From Amoebophrya sp. A120 (taxonomy: Eukaryota > Protista > Dinoflagellata), in NCBI GenBank assembly GCA_905178155.1, contig CAJINV010000001.1, forward strand, positions 667,643-731,642: a stretch of 64,000 bases of DNA, written 5' to 3'. The notes under the pieces were generated by a model that saw only the letters and a program-made list of their open reading frames with translations, had not been told where the DNA came from and searched no databases. Of the stretch, positions 11,716-22,765 are shown piece by piece (within the stretch, counting starts at the first letter, position 1; the number at the start of each line of letters is the position of its first letter). The translations under genes and the position numbers were made by a program.

Positions 11716-14700
11716 ATGGTTTCCTCTTCCCTGAGTGTGACCGGCGGCCCGGCTCCGGTCCGGGGAGCAGCTGGATCCTCGTTTCACTCACCGCAGCAGC
11801 AGATGCAAAAATCCTGGAGCAGCACCAGTGTATTCGACGAGACGCATTTGAGGAGTTCTTCGACCATGGAAGGCCAGCATACAACCAGCCGATTTTCGGC
11901 GGGGTCCACCTTACCAAGCTTAAGCCTGAGTCCGCGAACCACCCGGATCGCCACCTCCTTCCACACCGATTCCACCGGGTTCCGACTGCCCACGCTGTCC
12001 TCGATGGAGCTAACGACCACGACCGGGGGTAAAAGACGACACCAAAGGTCCAGTTCCACCCATTCGCACTGGACCTCGGAAAACTCCGGCTTCATAGCCG
12101 GGCTGCCGCAGTCTCGACACGGCACGAGACCCGGAAAGCGGGGAGGCGCGCAAGGGGGGTCGCCGCAAGAAGCACACCGGTTGGAAATCGCCAGCCTGAA
12201 AAACCAGTTTGAGAAGTATAATTGTGTGGCTGCTATCAGATCTACGTATAGAAGTTTTGCTGTTCTTGTCAACGTAAAAGCATGGCTGCTCTGTTTTATC
12301 CTTTTTTGATCAGACGTTGGATCGTGTTGCACCAGCATCCTCACTGTATACATAGACAAATAAACACGACAGCAACGTGAAATGGATTGCAAACACCACG
12401 GAGCGGTTGCTCGGCCACGACGACCACCAAGACCACCACGGCGGGAGCCCCGACCACAAAGGCGGCGATGCCGGCCACGGCGCGATCTCGAAATCGCAGG
12501 AGTTTCTGAACCTCCGCGGTCAGTTTGGCAGCATGCGGGAGCGGCTGGAGTACTTCCGATTCCATAAGGCGTTGGAACCAAAACTCGCCCCCATGAAGGA
12601 GAACTTTCTCTGCCCCTCGCAGTATTTGAAGGCGAAGGAGAAGTCCCCGCGGAGCAACGCCGTTCTGAAGAACACGAAGCCGGTATTGCAATGAAAAATG
12701 CCCCCACCCCCGAACTTGGGAGAATTTGTATTGCAAACCTTTCCAAATGAAACGTTCGCCGTCTTGCATCTATCAGCATCACAGGTTTCCAATCGTGAAT
12801 AGCAAAACTTTGTATCGCCAGAGACTCCAGCAAGAGCGGCGCTTGTCATGCAAGCGATGCGATACACGCCTAGACTCTGCATCAGAAAGAATCGTACTCC
12901 TTTCATGCATGACAAAAAAATTTCATTTGGAAACTTCGCATCACAAATTTTTGCAATTTTAGGAGTGGGGGTCACTTTTCACTGCAATAGCCGGACGTGA
13001 TTCTCAGCTACAAAAAGGAGAACCGGGTGACGAAATACTTGGAGCAGGGCCAACTGTGGGAGGAAAAAATCAAGGTGCGGACAAAGTGGAAGTTATCCAC
13101 AGTAAAATTCCCGTACACGACGTACAAATGCGGTTTCTGCATGACAAAACTGGGCTTCGTCGATCCTAGTGTAGCATGGCAAGTGTTCTTACACTCCAAA
13201 TTGGTGAATAAATTTGTGATGCATCTTGTACAGACATGTACGGGGAATTTGTATTGCATAGAAGCGGCAGAAGCACCGGCAGTTCCGGCTGGATACCCTG
13301 TACTCGCTGCGGAAAAAGCAAATGCACTACCCGATCCTATCAAATGCAAATATGTCTGGGTTCGGAAACTTGTATTGCTGAGTTGTGAATAGGGAATTAT
13401 CTGTAATGCAAAGTCAAGCATGAGACATATTTGCGCTGCTTAGTGTAAGTGTTGCACTTTCCGCATGACAGGGTCGCTTCTTCTTCTTGGACACGCACCA
13501 CAAACTCTTCAGTTATGCCAAACAAGCATGACAAACCTTGCATCCTTCCAGACTCAGACATATTTGCAGTTGATAGATCCTCGGCAGCACCCACTTGATG
13601 CGCACGTTGGACGTGGACGCATGGGAACTGCAGGGTCTCTCCCCGGACGAGTCCGCGGACGAAATGCTGCGCCGGATCCTGGTTGGGGTGGTGTTGTACA
13701 AATTCACGCAGAATTGCGACGAGATCCTCCAGAACTCGGAGAACGAAACCTTTCTCACGCAGTTCCGGTCCACCATGAAGGAGAAGCGGCGGCAGCGGCT
13801 GCTGGAGGAGGACCCGGACGCGCTCGGGGGGCAGGGACTGCGCTATCAAGATGAAAAATCCCCCCTCGTCCGCAAACGGACATTTGTGTAGCATGATTTG
13901 TTATCACAAATCGCGTTGTCATGCTAGAAGGGAAGTAGAGATGCGGACAACTCTAGAAGTACCTACTGGCAGGGCGGGAAAGCCTTGCGTCTTCAGCATG
14001 ACAGGAAGCTGCAACTACAAGCACGAAGCAGGATAACAAGTTGCCTGAAAACGAGGCGGCATCTGCGTCGCTTGGCCTTCTAGCAATACAAACTACGACT
14101 TGTGTACGCGAGTCCAGCAGCACAAACTTCCTCTTCGATATGGGGAGGGGGGACTTTTCCTCACAATATGCGCCCGCCCGGAGAATCCTCGACAGACGAG
14201 GAGAAGCACAGTGCGGCGGACCTTATCAAATGCAGATATGTAGTCTGGGTCTGGAAACTTGTGATGCAAGGAAGGGAACCTCAGGGAGCGCACTGCAATG
14301 CGCTGCCACGCATGACAAGTTTTTCCTTGGTTCTGAGTTGCGTCCTGCGCATGAGAAACTGCGTTTTTGCATGACAGGCAAGAGGAGCAGCTCATTGCGG
14401 CCGTGCAATACAACAGAGCTGAGCCATGCCAAGCTAGCATGACAAACCTCCCAATCTTCCAGACCCAGACATATTTGCATTTGATAGAGCTGGCGGTGCG
14501 GCAGAAGAACAAGCTGCGGTATCTGCGGTTCAAGATGGCGCTGCGGATCGCCGTATCAAATGTAAAAATGTCTGGGTCTGGAAAAGTGTAGACTTGTCAT
14601 GCAGATTTTCCATGAGCCATGAGGTCTGGAATGCGGGACTTAGCGTGACAGACTCTGCGAGGTCTCTGCCATGCCTACCCTGCATGAGAAACTCCCTTCT

Positions 14701-16031
14701 AAGTTGGTCAAAAGTGTACAGCTCTTGGCACTCATGCAACACAGATTTTTGCATGCTTCAGATTTACCATGACAAGTTGCAATCTTCCAGACCCAGACAT
14801 TTTTGCATTTGATACGCCGTGCGCACCTACCGGCGGATACGGAAGGCCCGGATTCTGTACTCCACCATGCAGACCTTCGCGAGTAAAATGCTGCACTGGA
14901 ACACGATCTTGGCGTTCCAGGGGTTCAACAAGAAAACCCGGTTAATCCAGCGGTTCTGGCGCGACTGCCGGATCGACATCAAAGCCAAACTGAAGCTGTA
15001 CCTGCAAAAGGCGAACAAATTCGAAATGCGGCACCACCGTCGCGTGTTCATCGACCGGCACGGCGGCGCGGTCAGTCCCCCCAGTCAGGCGCAGCTGCGG
15101 GCACTGTTGATTCCGGAAAAGGACCGATTTTTGTTTATCACCATGGAACTGCGGGCGAGAAGGTAGTGAAAAGAAATCAAGTAGCTTGTTGTTTTCAGCA
15201 AACAAGTTCCCTGTCGATGTTGTATTTATTAACCCTGTCATCCGGGATGACAATGTTCAATTTCTATGATCAATCTTCACAGTATGGGATGATCCCATAC
15301 TGTGAAGATTGATCATCGAAAATTGATTGCTCCCAACATGGTTTCACTGTCCTGCCCCTGGGGGTTTATTGCTTGTTTAGACTGGTGGCTGTTTTGCCAT
15401 CGCAAGCAAAGGGGAAAAAGCGACCGCGCTGGCCATCTTACACACAGCTAGGTGAAGAGACAACAAGAATCAGTCTAGTACTAACTTACTCGCACGACCG
15501 AAATGTAATCAAACTATCGCTGGACCACATCATTACAAGTTCAACAGGTACCTGTCCCTGACCGGTCTGGCGGAGTACCGTCGCGATTGGCGTGACTACG
15601 AGGAGCAGGTGGAGAAGTGGCGGCAAGCGCGGTACGCCGCGAAGCTGATGGGCAGCGAGGTCGGGGCGATGCCGTTTCCACCACCGTATCCGATCTCCTA
15701 TCCGACGGAGAAGGAAATGCCAGACGTGGTGGAGCGGTACATGAACATTTTTATGCACCGCGCGCTGAAGCGGCTCGGCGACTTTACCGAGGAGGAGAAG
15801 CCGCAGCTGTTTCTCCGCTACACGAAGGAACTCGCGGAGCGCAAGCCCGAGATGCTCGCGGATGACGATGCGGGGGACGGGGTTGACGGCGTGAATGAAG
15901 TTTCGCTGGAAACGCTGTTTCTCGTGCGTCTCCGGCTGGACGAAGCACCCGTGATTCCGGACTTGCCCGTCGCGCCGAATCAGGAGGTCAAGAAGGTGAA
16001 ATACATGACACGCGGGACGGAAGCCTGGTAA
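11716..16031 (+). CDS. Hypothetical basic protein, 9 exons (11716-12215, 12373-12683, 12995-13093, 13266-13337, 13581-13843, 14174-14223, 14492-14553, 14820-15162, 15548-16031)
   Basis: One continuous frame after removing 6 introners and 2 GT-AG introns (12216-12372, 15163-15547). Confidence 0.75.
12684..12989. mobile_element. Introner, B2 subfamily
   Basis: TATTGCAATGAAAAATGCCCCCAC / GTGGGGGTCACTTTTCACTGCAATA, DR GCCGG, close sibling of 38491-38798. Confidence 0.9.
13094..13260. mobile_element. Introner family F
   Basis: TATCCACAGTAAAATTCCCGTACA / TGTACGGGGAATTTGTATTGCATA, DR GAAGT/GAAGC. Confidence 0.85.
13338..13575. mobile_element. Introner family A
   Basis: TATCAAATGCAAATATGTCTGGG TIR, DR GATCC, joins YPI|LGST. 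Confidence 0.9.
13844..14168. mobile_element. Introner family B
   Basis: TATCAAGATGAAAAATCCCCCCTC / GAGGGGGGACTTTTCCTCACAATA, DR TGCGC. Confidence 0.88.
14224..14486. mobile_element. Introner family A
   Basis: Family A TIRs, DR GACCT/GAGCT. Confidence 0.9.
14554..14814. mobile_element. Introner family A
   Basis: Family A TIRs, DR CGCCG, reverse-complement sibling of 59890-60151. Confidence 0.92.
15266..15316. repeat. Perfect 25-bp inverted repeat with 1-nt spacer, inside a canonical intron
   Basis: ATGATCAATCTTCACAGTATGGGAT-G-ATCCCATACTGTGAAGATTGATCAT. Confidence 0.95.
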
Positions 16032-17055
16032 AGAATCTAAAGACGAGCTACTTAGACGCGAGAATAAAGTTGATTAGCATGGGCGATGCTGATCCTACTG
16101 TTTGTTCTTTTTCGTAAAATTGAGTCGCTCCCGTTTGCGTTTACTGTTCCATAGCTTTTACTTAGTCTTAGATCAGAAAAAATTGCAAAGTGCTACGCTG
16201 TGTTTAGTACCTAAGTTAGTAGGAGGTGGAGAGGAGTAGGAAGCTTGCGGTTCAAGCTGCGAGAGTGGTGGAAAACGTGTAGCAGGGGGCGTATAGTAGA
16301 AGTTCCTAGAAATAAGATAGTGAAAAACAAAAATTGTAGAATAGGATTGTCGTTTGTACAAAAATCACAGCACAAAGCACCTCCACCTTCCACCGAGGAC
16401 TTCTAATATGTTGTCATCGCCTCCCTCGCTTGTAGAAAAAGAGCACGAACTACCAGCATCATTGTCGAAACGAACTGAAAAGTAAAAGAAAATGGCATAA
16501 TCTTGATCGTTGTTCGATTGACGTCAGCAAACGAGTGAACGGGAAGTAAAGGAAAAGAAAAAGACAGAATTTGGCGTTAGATGCTCGGTCGTTGGTACTA
16601 CCAGGAAGTCTCCTCCCTGATGTCGTAAGTGATTTATCAATATACGTAGAATTGTCGCCTTTCTATTAGGTCAATACAACTCCCTTGCGGTCGTTTCAAG
16701 CTACATAAATCTCACAGTATTTCGTCACCATTGGTGTCTTCGTGGGTCGTCTCGGGGATCGATAATTGAACAAATTTTAATTACTGCTAGGGGGCTTTGA
16801 AAATGCAAATAGAAATACTTGTATGCGCAACGGTGAAATAGGATGAGTGACAGAAGAAGGGAAGAAGAAGGGAACAAGCGGATATGTATTCACAATGCCG
16901 CACAGCAACTCGCCACCTGCTTGTCGTTTTTCCAGGACGACTATAGCTCGAGATTAACGTAAACAATACGTTTGATGTTTGAAAAATAAATTTTCATACC
17001 AGTACCAGGGAACTGATTTTTTTTTTCTACTAGAACCTGCACTTTTGTTGAAAAA

Positions 17056-18891
17056 ATGGATCCGACAATGGACGAGGAGCAGGAAGGAATTCCGATGGAC
17101 ATTAGGAACTGCAAAAGTATCGTACTAGTAGTAATTGCAATACAAATTAGCCCAGCATGACAAATGGGATTTGTCATGCTGCTTTGCCTTGGGATGAAGA
17201 TTTGTATGTAATGCATGATTGCAATTACTACGAGTGCGATACTTTTGCACAGGATAGACATGGGCGGGAACCCAAACATCGGCACCTACCCTTACGTCGT
17301 CGTGAAGGGCATCCCAACATACCAGACCGACTACCAGGGGTTTGGCCAGAAGAAGATGACACACCAAAAAATGAACGCGATTGTACTAATATGAGTGCCT
17401 TCTTTTGTTTCGCTGCTCTTGAAAAATACTGTATTTGTCGCGCTTTGGCCAGCGCGCTTCGTAGTTGTCAAACATTTATTCTTTTCTGCGGTGCCTTGAA
17501 GTGCGAAGTGCAATACAAAATTTTCACATACAACAGGAGGATGATGCAGCCCGAGAGCACGAGCTGAACACACAGAAGCTGATATTGTAAGGAAAAATCC
17601 CCCCTCCCCATATCGAAAAGGTATGTTTCCGAAAATTTGTGTTGCTGATTTGAGACCACAAATCACGTCTGTCTTGCAAGAAGGCAAGTGTAGAGGCTTC
17701 CGCGCCATTATGGAAGCGCTTTGGCATGCTGTTGCGCCTAGGGGACAGCCGTTTGTAATGCTAAGCAACTAGACCCAAACGCCCCTACCTAGGCCGAAGA
17801 TCTGGCTGCGCTGCCTTACTGCAAGACAAATCGGATTTGTGTACGCAAATCCAGCATNNNNNNNNNNNNNNNNNNNNNNNNNNNNNNNNNNNNNNNNNNN
17901 NNNNNNNNNNNNNNNNNNNNNNNNNNNNNNNNNNNNNNNNNNNNNNNNNNNNNNNNNNNNNNNNNNNNNNNNNNNNNNNNNNNNNNNNNNNNNNNNNNNN
18001 NNNNNNNNNNNNNNNNNNNNNNNNNNNNNNNNNNNNNNNNNNNNNNNNNNNNNNNNNNNNNNNNNNNNNNNNNNNNNNNNNNNNNNNNNNNNNNNNNNNN
18101 NNNNNNNNNNNNNNNNNNNNNNNNNNNNNNNNNNNNNNNNNNNNNNNNNNNNNNNNNNNNNNNNNNNNNNNNNNNNNNNNNNNNNNNNNNNNNNNNNNNN
18201 NNNNNNNNNNNNNNNNNNNNNNNNNNNNNNNNNNNNNNNNNNNNNNNNNNNNNNNNNNNNNNNNNNNNNNNNNNNNNNNNNNNNNNNNNNNNNNNNNNNN
18301 NNNNNNNNNNNNNNNNNNNNNNNNNNNNNNNNNNNNNNNNNNNNNNNNNNNNNNNNNNNNNNNNNNNNNNNNNNNNNNNNNNNNNNNNNNNNNNNNNNNN
18401 NNNNNNNNNNNNGAAGGGTTGCCGGGGTCTCCCTCGCATCGGTTCTCGATGTCGGGTGTGAGTTTGTGACTGCGGGGGCAGTGGTTGGCTTAGGTTTGCG
18501 GAGTACATCTGAAAAGAGGCTCCCATTCCTTCTTCCAGGTAGCGATCCTAGATCGCCGCCACGCGGAGCCACCCCCGTATTTCACCCCCAGGGGGTTGTG
18601 GACCTGGCAAAACCGATGAGTTCGGGCTGCTGACTGTTCCACTTCTTCCGAGCGCGATCATGCTACGCCTCACGCCTCACGCAAATCCAGCATCAGAAGT
18701 TTCGTTTTGATATGGGGAGGGGGGATTTTTCCTGTTGATAGCTGAGACAAAAGAACAAGCCAAAGGAAAGAAAAGACCTCAGTCGGTACGACGGGAAGCC
18801 AAAAATGACTGCTGACGGTATTACTGAAAAAAGCGCACTACTTCATTCACTTCCTGAGGTCACTGCAATCGTCTCGATTTCTATAGTGTAA
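17056..18891 (+). CDS. Short hypothetical protein, model uncertain
   Basis: MDPTMDEEQEGIPMD|MGGNPNIGTYPYVVVKG and NTQKL|RQKNKPKERK are joined across two introners. The donor of the middle intron and the 3' end are unresolved. Confidence 0.4.
17103..17256. mobile_element. Introner family D
   Basis: TGCAAAAGTATCGTACTAGTAG / CTACGAGTGCGATACTTTTGCA, DR GACAT. Confidence 0.85.
17583..18740. mobile_element. Introner family B with a nested insertion and assembly gap
   Basis: TATTGTAAGGAAAAATCCCCCCTCCCCATATC / GATATGGGGAGGGGGGATTTTTCCTGTTGATA, DR GCTGA. The body matches 34909-35230 except for the insert. Confidence 0.88.
17858..18412. other. Assembly gap (Ns)
   Basis: Run of N. Confidence 1.
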
Positions 18892-21800
18892 TTTGGTATT
18901 GGTTGTCTTGTGCTTGTGTTCTGTATGCCGGCATGAAGAAAAACTGTGCTTCGTGTAGTGGTGAACATAAAAAATGAGAACACGTCAGGCACCGTCGTTC
19001 CCCGGCCACCTTTGTCAAGGTCCACGTCAGTACAGGAACTCGGCGAGATCACTTTTACGGGAATCAACTTTAAGAAGCCAACCGCCATGACAGTAGCAAA
19101 TTTCAAGAAGGGCAAGCGACTATCCATGTGCTGGGACAACGTATTACATACAGGCTGCTTCTTTTTTTCGATGCCTTTTCGACCACTGTAAAACTAAAAG
19201 CTACGTAGTGTATGTCTATCAAAGCTGTTTTCATGTGGAGGAGCAGCTTACACAGTGACAGGTACCTATGCGAAAAAAACAAATTATCAATTTGAATTAT
19301 TCGCAAAACAGATCGCCAGTTACGGTTCAGATTCGTGGACGACGACAAACGGTGAATTCGGCAGCGTCGTACAGCCAAGCGTGTTGAAGGCCAAGAGGCA
19401 CGGGGTGATGAGCTTTGAGAACTCAAGGTAAATCATAATCTTCTATTGCGCTGTAGTTGCGGGGACAGTGTTCTTTTGTTTGAGCGTTTTTTTTCTATGC
19501 GATTGCGGTGGGGTTGTCGAGGCCAGAGTTGAGCTTCACTTTTCTTTGCGACGACAAGGGTGGATGGATTTCGTAGTGATTGAAGCGCCGGGCGATTTGT
19601 GAATGTCTTACGGTGCTGGAGAATGAAGATAGAAGCAATTTCTAATTTCAGATTTCTGCCGAACCATCCGCACTGGAAGGACCGACCGTACAAGCCTGGT
19701 GAGTACATCAAGTGCCCCCGATCCACGTATTCGCCTGTTATAATACTTTCTCACATGTAGACTACTTCTTGCAACAATTCACTTGGATTTTATCATGCGG
19801 CCTTCGTCGGTCTTTTTCTGCAAAAATGATAGTTAGACTGTCGTATAAAAAAAAAAATTTCAATTAGAGCTTTAGATGTCGTCTGTACTGTGATCAACTG
19901 CAAAACAGGTATTCGGATCTCGGTTCCTACTACATTGATGGATACAAGTATCATGGGGAAAAAAGAAGACGGTCTCTTCAACCTCGTATTTGCATTTTAT
20001 GCACACGATTATTCCGCATCCGCTGTTGAAAGAAAATGCAAAAAAACAAACAGCTGTAAAAATCAAATTGCACAAAGAAAAGCTGCCATGCGAAGATGCC
20101 ATTTGTGGTTTGGAAAAACGACACCGTATGATTTGTTTCTCGTGCATACAAAGCTCCCGCCCGAGTACCAGTACACGCTTACCAAGCGCGTGACGGATGG
20201 TGTTGACAACGGGAACCCAGTGATGTAAGCAGGATTTTTTCCGGATGAATCAACATGCATAAAATGAAACGTCAATTTTGCATGACCAAGGTATGATAGG
20301 CAAGAACATCACAATTATTTTGCCTCATCACAAGAATTTTCGTCGTGGAAATAAAGGCAACAATTTTATTCTTTCATCGCAAAACAGAATTTTCATTTCG
20401 AAACCTCCTCACTATCAAGTCTAGTACCTTCACATTGTGTTTAATTATCTTCAGTTTTATCGCAAACACGAAGAACACCCGAATCAATCTTACAGTCAAA
20501 AATAGCGGCTTGTGGTAGGAGCGGAAATTGTAGCTATTTTCAATCTACCCTAGATAGGTCTATCCCAAAAACGAAGAAAACAAATGTAGCAAAAATGGTC
20601 ACGGAAGCTGTAATATAATTATCCGAACCCAGCGAGGGTGGTGGATGAGAGTCAGTTACAGTTTATTCATGTAAAAAAGGAAAAAGCGTCATGCATTTGA
20701 TGCAGTTTGTCTTCCGGGGAAACAGCAGTACTGTGGCTTTCGGTGGATCTTCACGCAGGTAGAAAATTCAAATGTATACTAGTATCGCCGCATGTACAAT
20801 ACGACGAAAATAACGGAGTCCTCCATAGTCCCATTAGGCGTTTGGATACAAAACGACACTTACACCAATAAGTGCTTAGATTGTTGTTTTGTTGATGTAA
20901 AATGATGTGTCTCAAGAAGAAAAACTTGAAAACGCTCCGTCAGCAAAGATGTTGGACCACTAAGGAGCATATTACGGCAAGTGGTTGTTCAGAAAAATGT
21001 GCAGCCCTCGCTTTTTTATTGCGTTGAGATATATTTAATGGTAGTGCGTCGTCCGCTCGTGTTTTTTTGTTTCTATCGGTCAATCGTTTAGACGTCTAAG
21101 GACAACTCGGTCTAAAGGAGGCATGAAACAACAGATCATACCTGTATTAAGAGTACAGTGGCTGTAACTCCCGTAACAGTAGAAAGAATTCTATATTCAA
21201 CGGCAACCAACGCGGACGAACTGCAGCGTCGTTGCTGGAAAGAAGCACGAAGAAGAAGCGGAATTGCATCGGTGAAGATGAAAACGATGAGGGCTATTCA
21301 TTTCATTGCACAGGTCGGTGGATAACTTCTACCTGGGAAGGAATGTGAAACGCCAGGAGTTGGCTGGGTCGGTTTCGTGTGCGGTGTGTCGCTCTCGTGC
21401 CTCGGTGTGTTGCAACTTGATGGTAAAAGATAATCGGTATGCGTACTGTTTCTGCCCCGGACGTCGTGATTTTAAACAAAGTGTTACCCGCGTCATCGTG
21501 CCTTGCTGAGACTATGTTCGTATCCATATCATTCACGGTCCAACACGATGTTGATTCGTCAAAAATAGAAGGCTCTGGCTTCAACACGGCTGTGTCGGTG
21601 TGGTTTCATATGTCCGTCTGACTGCATTCATTTTTCTGTTGTCGTCTGACTGTTTTCTCTTGTACGTCCACTTTGCCCTCTTATTTGCCAGGCTCAAACT
21701 CCCTACGAGAAAAGGCGTCACTCCGTTTTGGCTCCCCACTAGTGCTAAAAACTTGTCGCGTCTACTTGTTTTCGTGGTTCGAGCTTGAATTTTTGTTTTC

Positions 21801-22036
21801 AAACTTCAACTGTCATCAACTTGCTCGGCACTCGAAATCCATATTATATATTCATTTTCATTTGTGTAGTACCCTGTCGATTTCAAATTTGATTGTGATT
21901 TCCCCTATGATCTAAGGAAATAATTTTTGACCTTCCATTTTGATTTGTTTTTTCTTTCATTTTCAGAATTGTTATTGTAGTGAGTGCCGCGAGTTGGTCG
22001 GGCACAAATATCGAAGACCGACGACAACAGACGATT

Positions 22037-22301
22037 TATCCTGTGTAATAGAAATGTCCCCACCGCAGAGGAAAGAGAGGGTCTGTGAACTCCGCATGAC
22101 AAATCCGCGTGCTTAGTTTCGTTGTGCCTGACTGTAGAAGCCGCACCACAAGTCGATCATCAATCTCATGTAGCATTAAAAATCCGATGAAAACACCATG
22201 TGAAAGATGTTCCTCATGGGGCTGCGCATGAGAGACATCCTCACCATGTAAGTAACTACGCATGACAGCTCTGAGACGTGGGGACGTTTTTACACAGGAT
22301 A
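22037..22301. mobile_element. Introner, B3 subfamily, outside any evident CDS
   Basis: TATCCTGTGTAATAGAAATGTCCCCAC / GTGGGGACGTTTTTACACAGGATA, DR CGATT/CGACT. Confidence 0.85.
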
Positions 22302-22765
22302 CGACTAAGAATTGCAACAACGAGAAGAATTGCGCATAACGAGCGAGGCGAATTTGATAAAGAAAAGCTAAAGATAGTAAATCCGGGGAGTAGTGCTTAT
22401 AGATACTTAAAGAGAACAAGGAAGGAAAACAGCGCTCCGCTGTTCCAAGTAATAGGCAAAAGAAACAGAAAAACAAATCAGGAGAAGGCCAACCTGTCAC
22501 CTGCGGCGCGACGCGGTACAAATTTATCACCTGACCACTCGTTTTCGTCCGCTTTTCTTCGTACTTAGAGTCTTATTCCTGCTCGCGAAAACTATGATCC
22601 ACAATATTTATTCTTGCATCTGATCTATCTTCAATACAGGCACGACTCGCAAGAACGCGGAAAAAAGAAGTGCTGTGCAGGCCAAAGAAAAAGGTAGAAA
22701 GACCGGAGAAGCCGTCGTCGATCAAGAAGCCGTCGTCGATCAAGAGCAGAACGTCGTAGCAAAAA

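Noticed and set aside
17769-18633. ORFs spanning 17.8-18.6 kb
   Set aside because: Artefacts of the N gap
18900-21980. Autonomous transposase or other gene in the long AT-rich interval
   Set aside because: Only short ORFs (up to ~112 aa) with no DDE, RT or tyrosine-recombinase motifs that I can recognise; a decayed element cannot be excluded without a homology search
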